From the NCBI GenBank assembly GCA_028023455.1, contig JAQFVV010000009.1:620001-684000 (forward strand): 64,000 nt of DNA, read 5' to 3'. The notes under the pieces are model-generated. The model made no database searches. It was given only the letters and a program-made list of their open reading frames with translations, and was not told the origin of the DNA. Positions 13,025 through 23,705 of the stretch are shown in pieces. The stretch is from Epiperipatus broadwayi. Taxonomy: Eukaryota; Animalia; Onychophora. Every line of letters starts with the position of its first letter. Within the stretch, counting starts at the first letter, position 1. Both the position numbers and the translations under genes were made by a program.

Positions 13025-16000
13025 AATTCAGTTAATATTTTACAGTAAAAAAAATAGGCTATTTCTTACTGCATGTTCACAATTTTATATGGAAAAATTT
13101 CTTGGATCACAACAGCCAGAAGAGCAAAGTCAAGATATTTAAGGCAAATTGATTGAATCAACTGATAGTTAAATTTATAGAGTGGAATTATTTCTTACAA
13201 TTTTAAAAACTATGCAAATAAATGATTAAATATCAAATATGTAATTGTTAATTATACATACTAGCTCAATTGTTTATAGTGATGGTGTTTGCATGTGTCT
13301 CTTCAACTCTTACATATACGTGGCATTATAATTATCTATTGTTAAATATATATATAATAAATAATGCACTAGTAATAATGTGTTTTAATGAAAAAAATAA
13401 TTATTCCTTGGATGATTTTTACTTTATCCTTTCAAGTTAAATGTATTTTTGTCGCAAAGCATCATAATAATGAATTTTATTTGTTGTCAGTTAATTAGAA
13501 TGTTTTAATTATTAAAGAAGGCTATTTTATTAGAATTCAAATTTAAATATTTCAATGAAGACTTAATGAAATATTATTTGATCTTTTATGAATGACATTT
13601 TCATTATTAGCAATATACCACACCTCTTTTATTCTCATTTTTCAATTTTTCTGCTCAGAATAAAACAGCTTAATTTTTTTTCTAGATTGAATAAAGTGCC
13701 CATGTTTATTCAAATGATACAAGAAAGTTGATATATGGACTCTATTTTCCATAGCCTCATTATATAAATGTTTACATTATCCAACTCTTGTAGCCTGGGA
13801 TTTATCATAATACATTTTTAGAGCATAACATTCTGGACTATTGAATTGAATAGCATACACAATTTGAGGTAATTATTGCCTTCAATTTTATCCCTACTAT
13901 TATCAATATTTATTATTATTATTAATTATTACTATTGCTACATAAGGTAATTTTCAGTTTCAATTTTTATCAACTTCACAAATTTACACAAGTGATGATT
14001 TAGGCTAATAGATAATTTAAAACCAATATTAAAATCTTGACAGCAGATTTTTAAAATTTTTGATACTATGCATGGAGTGGATGGCATAGCCCATGGTTTG
14101 TTTTCCCTCCCTCCTTAATTTTTTATGTTTTGTTGTAATTTAAATCTTTAATTTGTTTATAAAATATTTTTCTATTATAACCTATTTTTACTAAGTTTGT
14201 TACATAGTTTTTGGTTTCACTTTTTATCAATTTCAAATTTACAAAGCAAAGACACTAAGTTTTTATTTTTATGCTGCATAGTTTTGTTATTATTGTAAAG
14301 AAAGAAACTGACAAAAGATAAATGTACAGAAAATAAGTTATTGATCGTTATATTATAATTTTGGTTTCAATAAAACCCTTAAAATCTGTTAGTTTATAAT
14401 TTGTCAGAATTTAAGAATATTTTTAAAATAGCCTCATTCAATATAGCTATTAATTGAACTTCATAAAATAGAGTTAATTTCTCATTTTAATATTTTTGTG
14501 AATAAATAATCAAATATTAAATTGTGAAAATAATAGCACAAACAATTATTTAATCATTAGGTAATACATTTTTTGGATGCTAGTTATATAAATGCATAGT
14601 CCTAAAGTTAATTATTAGTTTATTGAACGAAGTTGTGTTAACATCTGAATAAAATTGTTTTTTTCCCCCATGATTAATATCATTTGTTAGATTGCTATTC
14701 ATATAAAAATTGGAAAACATTTTGTATTTTGCCAAAATGCAAATCTGACACTAGAGGGTTATGAATTTACATAATTAATATTTTAAAGGCTTGTTGTTTC
14801 AGTGATTATATACATGTTAGTGTTCTATTAATTAGTATTTCTATATATGTTGAATTGATGATTTTCTTGGGCAAATCATCACTTTGTTTATATCTAATTC
14901 TAAGCATATTACATTTAGAAAATAGATAAAAACAAACTTATTGGAACATAAAAGACAAAATAACAGAGCAAATATATTACCTTTATTAATTTAATATAAG
15001 GCTACCATTTGCTTATATTCTAGATGGATCACAGTTATATAACTTTTGAACAATTGTTTGAGCAAATATTAAGCCTTTTCTTATGAAAAAGTCTAAAGTT
15101 CTCTAAAAAGTAACAATGGAGAATATCTATTTCTTAATCAATATTCAAAAATACTCCAAGAAGTCTGAATATTATTAAAATTAGATGATTAAGTAAGTCT
15201 TGTGAGATTTGCAGAATCCTTTTTATGAATATCAAAATAATCTGTGTGAATTGCTTCTTGGAAATATGTTTGGATTGTCTGCAGCTGAGGTAACCATGCA
15301 CAGTAACAATTAAAAACAAAAACATGTTCCAGTTACCAATTGTGATGTTTCAATATCATGTTTTATGACTAGATTTAGGCAATTTGGTTGATAGTTTTAT
15401 TTGGTAATCATTAGATGTAATCCCTTTCAATAGTTAGAAAAAAACAATAATTGGTTCAATCTTATGCCATGTACACTTTCAATATTATTTAGTTCATATG
15501 CCTCTGCCATCAGTTTTTATACCATAGTATTCACATAAAAAAATTAATGGCTTTAAAATTGTAGCTTAACTAAAAAAATTATGCTTATGAAGCTCATAAT
15601 CAATACTAGAATATTTTGCTGTGTACTGGTCTTTCTAATATGTTTCACACTCATTTTATTTTTTGGTTACAATCTTTTGTAATATTTATTAGTTTTTTCT
15701 TTTTCAATTAACACTGATATCTGACCATAGTTATGTCAAGTAGTTTCTTTTCCTTCTTTAAAAATTTGCAATAATCACTTTGAGAATATTAATTTTAAAA
15801 CATAAAATGGTACTGCAACTAATGGGCACAAACATTAATCCATGGATAACAAGAAAATTGAATAAATAGACTTCATCAAATTAGAGCCAAATTCTTGCTT
15901 TAATACAAATGACCAAGTTGAAATTGTCCTCTTCATTAAAAAGAAAGTGCAATACTCAGGTTGAGAAGTGAAAAAAAAAAAGACTAACAATAGTGAATGG

Positions 16001-16849
16001 AATTTATCATAGCAATAATGATGGTTTCATTGAAATGAGAAAAATGTTATTGATACGATTGACAGGAATCGATGTCGACTTCAAAGCACTTAGCAATAAA
16101 AATGACAGTAATTTTCTCTTCCAACTTATGAAATTAATATTAAATTTCTGTCAAATATTCATTATAATTTTCTTAGAGTTCTATCTATATATGTTGGTAT
16201 GTATTTCTATTTTGTATGGTACAATGTTGAATACATATGTAGTTGTATATGCCTGGCGTTTCCGTTATTTTATCTAAACTCTATTCACATAATTTCAAAA
16301 ATTCAAATTTATGTTATGTAAACATTCTTAATATTTGTTTATATTTTACATATGAAATCAATAAGCAGACACGTCGTCTCTCTACTTCTCGATGAAAATT
16401 AAATATAATGCTATTACAAGTAAAATTAAGATTAAATATTAACCCTATTCTGTTTATCAGATTAAAACAAAAACCTACATGATTTATACTTTAATCTACG
16501 ATAAAGAGATTAAATGAGAAACCAAAAGATTATTAAAATTGATATCATAAATTATCTCATAACAATTGCAAAAATATATTTGTGTAGTAGGTTGTGACTA
16601 AAGTCAACGATTATTGAAGAAATAATATAAAGGGGAAGAAAAAATTTAAGTGCCGAATTAACAGTAAATGATTTGAGATAACTAAACAACCTTGCTATTA
16701 ATAACTATTCATAGATAAGATCAGATGTGGAGCTATAATTGTAGCTATAGAACAATTTTGGTTTAATTTGTCAATGGAGTATGTTAAGTAGGGAAACGGA
16801 AGAGGAAAAAAATAACAAACAGCAAATACACATATATATATATACTTAC

Positions 16850-17074
16850 CAGATTTTGTAATTCCTCATTTCCTCCAATATGTATATGATTAAAAAAAAT
16901 TTGCGGTAAAGATATTTGCCCAATCCGTTGAATTAATTCACTACGCTGATCCGGATGCTTTTCTACATTGATGTCGGTATAAGGCAGTTCGAGAGAACTT
17001 AGTGTACTTTTAGCGCTATTGCAATGAGGACAACCCGGTATAGAATATATCAAAATACGTCCTTGTAAAGCCAT
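16850..17074 (-). CDS. Coding exon 1 of a glutaredoxin-domain protein (likely Grx-DEP-DUF547 family)
   Basis: MALQGRILIYSIPGCPHCNSAKSTL...SLPQIFFNHIHIGGNEELQNL has the Grx CxxC (CPHC), cis-Pro (xPQIF) and GG motifs. 225 nt, ends CTG|gtaagt, phase 0. Confidence 0.85.
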
Positions 17075-17079
17075 AGTAT

Positions 17080-17830
17080 ATAACGTTTTATAAAATCATT
17101 ATTAACAAAATGAATTAACTTTTATTTTTAAACGTTACTAAGACAAGCTCTGATAGAATTTATAAATGAAAATATATATCTGACGTTTTTTATCATCCCA
17201 ATTAAATTATGCAGCTTGTCCCAACATCAATCATAGCTAAATTTCTTTTTCTCTATATTGAAAACGTAAACAACACAGTAGAATTAAATAATCAATATGT
17301 TTTAAATTTCTTAATTAAGATATATTATTCTAAACAAACACGATTTTACACTCTTGCTACATTATTACGATTCCTCAAAACGAAACAAATTAATAATCCT
17401 GTTTTAAGATGAGATTGCACTTTCAGAATATTTTTGATGAAAAAAAACTTCTACTATGACGAAGCAGACGGAAGACGTCGACCTAGCTACCGTATCTCTT
17501 TAAATAAACGCGTTACATCGTCTGTCGACTTTAGTACTGTATATTTTAAAATAAATGTCAGATTAATGTTTATATTTATTCGTCAAGTAATTCATTATTA
17601 TGTAAATATGTTATTGATTTAAAGAGATATTTAGTTCCTAATGAATTTTCTTAAATAAAACGCTATTTTTATATCGACTAAAACCAAATATATGTAAAAA
17701 ATATTTTTAAGTTTTTATAATTAGTATTAATTGTAAAATTAATTATCTTTAAACTTCTAAAATCTGCGGAAAAAATTAAACACATGTTTATATATATTCC
17801 CGCACATACACATATATGTATGCTCGCGTG
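17080..17830 (-). promoter_or_regulatory. CpG-enriched putative promoter/5' region of the glutaredoxin gene
   Basis: Local CpG cluster (e.g. GACGGAAGACGTCGAC, ACGCGT, GTCGAC) just upstream of the ATG in an otherwise CpG-poor background. No TSS evidence. Confidence 0.3.
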
Positions 17831-18388
17831 CAATATATCTATATACAGTACATACAAAGATACGCAAATAGTATTAAATGCATCTTTTTTTAATTAAAAA
17901 CTATCTCCAATAACTAACTATACATGCAGTAAATAATTAATAATATCAAATTATAATATAGATTTTAATTATATATCAATTACTATTATTAGAAACACTC
18001 TTAAATTAATATGGTCACTCACTTTAACTTTAGAATAATAATAATAATAATAAAAAAATAACAAAAAGTTAAAAATGAGTATTGATATAATTATATAAAC
18101 CAATCATTGAAGCATAAAAATTTCTGCACACACAGAGATTTTTAAACTTATACAGCTAATTTTTTCCCCCTGAAAGTTTGCAATACTTTGTCTAACTATA
18201 GATGTTATATTGTGTCTTTGGTTATATATTCCCAATGAAGACAATAAATATTTATCTTGTTAACAACTTTGAGATAATTTTTTAAGATCTTTCTTGAAAA
18301 CCACCTCAAATACACCATAAAATACCTTTTTTTTTCTTTTTTTAGAAAGACTGCATTATTCACTACACAAGTCCAGTCAAATATTCAA

Positions 18389-18482
18389 GCGTTGGTGGCC
18401 GAGTGATCAGCATAGCTGCCTTACAAGCAGTTGTCGCAGGTTTGCTTCCCGGCTGATGCTACGACACATGAAAAAAAAAAAA
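18389..18482 (+). mobile_element. tRNA-Gly(TCC)-derived SINE / tRNA pseudogene with A tail
   Basis: GCGTTGGTGG..AGCATAGCTGCCTTACAAGCAGTTG..CCCGGCTGATGCT resembles tRNA-Gly-TCC with many substitutions, followed by a short tail and poly(A). Confidence 0.75.
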
Positions 18483-18979
18483 GACCAATCAAATAAAGAT
18501 ATGCTCCTTTACTAGACTAGATGTCATTATATCCAGCAAGCCGAAAAATGTACACATTGGTTTTAAGATCTTTCTATAAATTTTCATACCACAGAACATT
18601 AATTTTTTTCCAATGCCTTTATCTTATGACAATAGGAAAGTCATCTCTCGCTTCACGACAAATTTGGCAGACTATTAGCCCTATATATAATTAATTTAAT
18701 CGAAAAGTTATATCACTAAGATCAAATACCCTATTTTTAATTTAAATGTAGGCAAATTACATTGAAGTCTGTATACACCAATTTTTATCTACAAACTTAG
18801 ATATTTAAACAAGTTATATTCTCAAGTATTACACATCTAACTCTATATTCTCACATCTTGCCAATATGTTCATGAAGATCCAGACTACTGATATGAAAAT
18901 AAAGTTACACAGTTATTGAACTCCAATTTTCATTTCAAATGTCTGAAATCACTGTAATAATGTCTAATATCATATGTAA

Positions 18980-19283
18980 AACGCATTGTATGGGTAAGAC
19001 AACAAACATGTGTTACTGACCTTATTGAAAAAATTAAAAGATTGAAATGGAGTTGTGCTTGACATATTGCTAGAAGAGATGAAAATAAATGGACAATTGA
19101 AATTTTAAACTGGATTCCAAAAGATTGTAAAAGACCCAGAAAGAGACCACATGTGAGATGGATGGATGAAATAAGAAAATGTGCAGGGGTGTTGTGGAGA
19201 AGAGAAGCTAAAGATAGATGGATTAAACTTGGAGAGACCTTCATCCTGCAGTGGATTGATAATGGTTGATGATGATGATGATT
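18980..19283 (+). mobile_element. 5'-truncated RTE-1 LINE 3' end
   Basis: WVRQQTCVTDLIEKIKRLKWSCA*HIARRDENKWT..W.P..KRPRKRPHVRWMDEI..FILQW, then a (TGA)n tail. Candidate TSD ATATGTAA at 18972-18979 and 19284-19291. Confidence 0.85.
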
Positions 19284-21927
19284 ATATGTAAGCTGTATGA
19301 TTAAACATTGTTGGACTAGTTAATTTTAAAGTGTTTGAAATTTTTTTATTAACAGAGTCAAATACTTTGACCAATTTGATAAAAGTCTGTAAATCTCATA
19401 TCTTTCATCTCAATACTTATATTGCATTTGCCTGACAATAAAATGATGTCTGCAGATCTTCTTAAGCCTTAAAATAAGAGTGAGTCTATAGAAATCACTC
19501 TCTATGACTAAAAGTAATCTATTCAATAAAATCATTGAAAGTATTTTTATTGTAGCTGATACTGATATTCCATAATAATTATTGTGGTCATTTCTATTTT
19601 TTTTTATAAAATGACAATAATGAAAGCATCTTTCAGGTAGTATAAATTCACATATTCTAAAAATTTTAATAGTTTTGAAGTTAAGACAACTATTTTAAAA
19701 TATGACAATCTAAATTAGCCATTTTAGTGTTTAATACGTTAATATTTAGCATAATTCATTTTACTTTTAATGGATGAACTTTAAATTTCATATTTTAAAA
19801 TAAAACCATTATTTTAATCTTGAGACGAAATAATCTATAACTGACTCAAAAATTTATATCTACAAGTACTCAGGTAATATTAACTTTTTTCATACTTTTA
19901 CTTAACTATAAATTTATCAATAAGATAACATTATTTTAAGTCTATATGCATCCCATGATTTTTTTCTAAACAAAATGTTTGCCATAGTTGTGTAAAAATT
20001 GTAGCATAGAATTATCTATGGAGCAGACTATTCAAGTTCATAGAAGCAAAATCATATCTATTATTGTATAACTTAGCAAAAGGCAGAGTGTCAGTCTGGA
20101 ATGTAGGGTCTTAGGATTGATTCTGGAACTGGCACTTTCAGTACTTAATTCTTATGGACTCTTAAGCAATAGTCATTCATCTTTAATGATATTAATTCAA
20201 TAACCTTACCCAACAAAAAATAAAAGCTTTATATTTTCTCAATTTTCTGAATCTAACACTGAAGCATTGGCAATAAAAAAAAAAAAAGTCAATTTCATTA
20301 ACATTTCATTGATACATCTAAGAATGCAATGAACAGAAAATAGCAAATTATATTTTACAGTAAAACCATAACTATATGGTTTCCTTTCATTTGATAATTT
20401 GCTTATGCCAAAAAACCCAAAACTGGAAATCATATACTTAACTAAACTTCTTTCCTCTGGAAGAAAAGTATCAATCTAAAACCATAATTCCTTAGTTACA
20501 AAACTACTCCCAATCTAGGTCTTGAATTCACATCAAACAAAATTTGAACATTCTATTTGCCTATATTTACAAAAAATTGAGATGTCTTTATTATTACTAG
20601 TATTTGTCTTTTCATCATCACTATTGTTGAAATTACAACTATTTCTGTTACCTAAATAAGAAATCTGCTTAGCAGATTTTGAAAGGCGATTTTTACATTA
20701 TTTCATATTTGTTGAGAGCAGGGAAATCTCTAAAAATGATTGTCCCCCAATCATTTGCTGAAACTTCAAATCAAATTCCAAAGTGATTCATTAATGGCTT
20801 TATACATACACACACATATATATTTCAACATACATGTACCAATACATTAAGGAATACCAAAAGTGGTTACACAGATATACAATTCTATTATTAAAGTTAA
20901 TGCAAAGATTTGATCAATGACATGGAAGGCTTTTGATGAATGGATCCTATACCAACTCATGTGAAAAGCAGTAAAATGAGAAAAAAAAATGAAATGACGC
21001 GGTCAGAAGATTATTGGTAATAATATCTAGCCTTTAAGTAAGGCGAAATTTTAATTTATACAGGAGATAATGTTGCAAGACATTCACAGTTAACCATATC
21101 TGAAGACCTTATTAGGTTAAAAAACAATATATATATTTAAATTTAAAAAAACTGGCAAATAACTGTATATATATATGTGTGTGTGTGTAAATTCAATCAT
21201 TATTAGATTTGATACTGAAAGCACACATATATTTAATCAATACATAAATATTTCTATCACGGCAGACAAAAAATAATTTGTATTGAAAAACATTTTCTGT
21301 GTGTAAAAAAGCTTATTAGTTTACAGAAATATATATATACAGTACATTGAATTAAAAATAGGCCATATTATTTGAAGTCACACTGTATCAAACAATAATT
21401 TAAATTTTGGTATTTCTAATAGTTAACCGTCATTATCATAAAAAATTGAGTTATTATTTATATTTTTTATTGTTCAGACAAATAATGGCTAGACTAGTGG
21501 ATAACAATCAAAGTATTGGAATAATCTTCTTAATGCCTTTGTCTAATTGATTTCAACTCTATGTTCAACGAATCCTATTTTAGTTTGTGTATTTTTATTT
21601 TCATATGAAATGTATACAATTTTTTTCTTTCCTAATTTATAAATAGCATAATCTGATAATTAGAAACGAAATGACAAAATATTTTATTATTTATTTATAT
21701 ACAGTTAGGACCCCCCCCTCTCCTATTTAAAGAATAAAAATTACTAAAAAAATAAAAAACCAATAGGAATGGGGGTGGGGTGTCTTGAAAGAGCCGGAGG
21801 AATTCACACACAAAAAGGTCTGAAAAGATATTGATCACTTTTATGATATGCATAATGTCTAAAATTGTTTATCAATGTTGAAATAACAACCCAATCATTT
21901 TCTTCAGAACAAGTGATTGGATTATAA

Positions 21928-21990
21928 AGCAATATGAGATGGCATGGAGAGTTGATGTGTGTGTAAAAGTCTGAGTTCGAATCCCTTGTA
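21928..21990 (+). repeat. Third partial copy of the palindrome arm end, with Pol III B-box-like motif
   Basis: AGCAATATGAGATGGCATGGAGAGTTG...AAAGTCTGAGTTCGAATC matches 22604-22662 (reverse complement). Confidence 0.7.
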
Positions 21991-22704
21991 TTACATTATA
22001 TAAGTGCTAGTGTGTATAAGTCTGTACAGTGTATTAAAGAGATAAATTGTAACTTTACAGTGATGTTTTATTGAATTTCAAATTAACAAATGAAAATAAA
22101 ATAAAATGAAGTAAAATTGTTACATATAGTCAAATGACAGTTTTCCAAATATTAAATTATTATTTTTATTTAAACAATAAGTTGTTTGTGCAATTCCATT
22201 ATTTCTCTGATAAGACTTTTTAAATTTATTACAGAGACTCTAAAGATGCTGCAATCGGGAAAATCATTTTATCTTCCTTGCCAATCAATCAACTAGGCTG
22301 GGTCTATCAAATGTGCAACCTGTACATTTGCATGTAAGGTGAGTGGGGATGGAAAAATTAGCATAAATTGTACGGTATATTTTTTACAAATGATAATCAG
22401 TTATAATACAGTACAGTATTGTGTGGCATTTACTATTGGGTACTGTCAGTATTAATATCAAATAACTTTGAAGTAGCAGAACATCATTTATATTTGATTC
22501 TATTGTAGATCATGAGTTGACTTTGATCTGCTAAAAGACAACTTAATGTAATCTTCAATAATACTTTTAATGTAGACATTGATTTTTTCCAAATGTCTAT
22601 TATGCAAGATTCGAATTCAGACTTTCACACGATCCTCAACTCTCCATGCCATCTCATATTGCTGCCCCACCTGATCACACATATGTTGAAAAGATAAATA
22701 ATCC

Positions 22705-22746
22705 CCAATACACATATTTCGTGCTAAACCAGCACTCATCAGTTGG
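22705..22746 (-). ncRNA. Minimal type I hammerhead ribozyme (apparently intact)
   Basis: - strand: CCAA CUGAUGA GUGCU-GGUUU-AGCAC GAAA UAUGUG UA UUGG. Full core, 5-bp stem II, CCAA/UUGG stem I (extendable UAAUCU/GGAUUA), short stem III, GUA cleavage triplet. Confidence 0.8.
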
Positions 22747-23051
22747 TCCAGATTACCATCTCCACACATATATACAATCAATGCTCAGCTTTATATTAAG
22801 GTAGCCAATCTTCATACTTTAATGGACAGGTTTCGAACTACTCCACCCCACAATTCTTCAGCCTTCCATTTCATTGAAAATCTGATGGTAGAATGTTCAA
22901 AGCCCACGATGTATCAGATTTTTCAATGAAATGGAAGGCTGAAGAATTGTGGGTTGGAGTAGTTTGAAACCTATCCATTAAAGTATGAAGATTGGCTATC
23001 TTAATATAAAGCTGACCACTGATTATATATGTGTGGAGATGGTAATCTGGA

Positions 23052-23091
23052 CCAACTGATGAGGGCTGGTTTAGCACAATACATATATTGG
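23052..23091 (+). ncRNA. Mutated hammerhead copy in the opposite arm
   Basis: CCAA CUGAUGA GGGCUGGUUUAGCAC AAUA CAUAUA UUGG: the GAAA core is lost, so likely inactive. Confidence 0.6.
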
Positions 23092-23595
23092 TGGTTATTT
23101 ATCTTTTCAACATGCGTGTGATCAGGTGGGTCAGCAATATGAGATGACATGGAGAGTTGAGGGTCGTGTGAAAGTCGTGCAGGTTTAAGCCTGTATAGGG
23201 TATTAATTTACATATCCAAATGTCTACTATATAAATTTGTGCAAGTTACTTTTCAAATCTTATTAATTTAAAAATATTTATTGATGAATATATTTACAAA
23301 AATTTGCTAGTTTATATTTCTGGTTCAAAGATTGAATCAATGAGACCAAACAAATATAATGAGATAACTAAGAGTAAACCAATTAATTAAAAGTATAGAA
23401 TCAAAAAGATATAAATACAATTGTGTGGTAATTATTATCACTTTTTAAAAAAAATATAATTATTAGGATTTGGTTTTTGAAATACTTTTAACATTCTCAT
23501 ATGTCTGATTTAAAAAAAAAAAAACATATTAGAAACAGAATATCGCAAATTGGGGGGGGGGGGGTGCAATATTCAAAAACAAAATGGGGTTTTGC

Positions 23596-23705
23596 TCGTC
23601 TTGCATTGGTGGTCGAGAGGTCAGCGCGGCTGCCTTGCACTTGCAGGCAGTTGCCCGGGTTGCGGGTTCGCGTCCCGGCCGATGCTATGACACTTCATAA
23701 AAAAA
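23596..23705 (+). mobile_element. tRNA-Gly-derived SINE with 15-bp TSD
   Basis: GCATTGGTGGTCGAGAGGTCAGCGCGGCTGCC...GGGTTCGCGTCCCGGCCGATGCT plus poly(A). TSD AAAATGGGGTTTTGC at 23581-23595 and 23706-23720. Confidence 0.85.

Larger units (their letters stand above)
8790..13130 (-). mobile_element. Decayed near full-length non-LTR retrotransposon (APE-type LINE, esterase ORF1; RTEX-like or L2/CR1 group), inside intron 1 of the Grx gene
   Basis: ORF1 SGNH esterase, then APE endonuclease (MVIGDMNGHI; YTWSR..HTVDYVLV), RT (KARGLDG..FPGSW..RVRLLFKGKG..NYR) and C-terminal CKLCKEGIENIWHLLLQC zinc finger. Multiple stops and frameshifts. The 3' end has CATCA-like repeats near 8800-8820. Boundaries approximate. 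Confidence 0.9.
22604..23214. mobile_element. TSD-flanked fold-back (palindromic) non-autonomous Penelope-like element carrying hammerhead motifs
   Basis: Inverted arms 22620-22886 / 22913-23176 with a 26-nt spacer. 16-bp TSD TCCAAATGTCTAYTAT at 22588-22603 and 23215-23230. Confidence 0.75.

Noticed and set aside
18389-18460. Functional tRNA gene
   Set aside because: Damaged A/B boxes and stems plus a poly(A) tail indicate a SINE or pseudogene.
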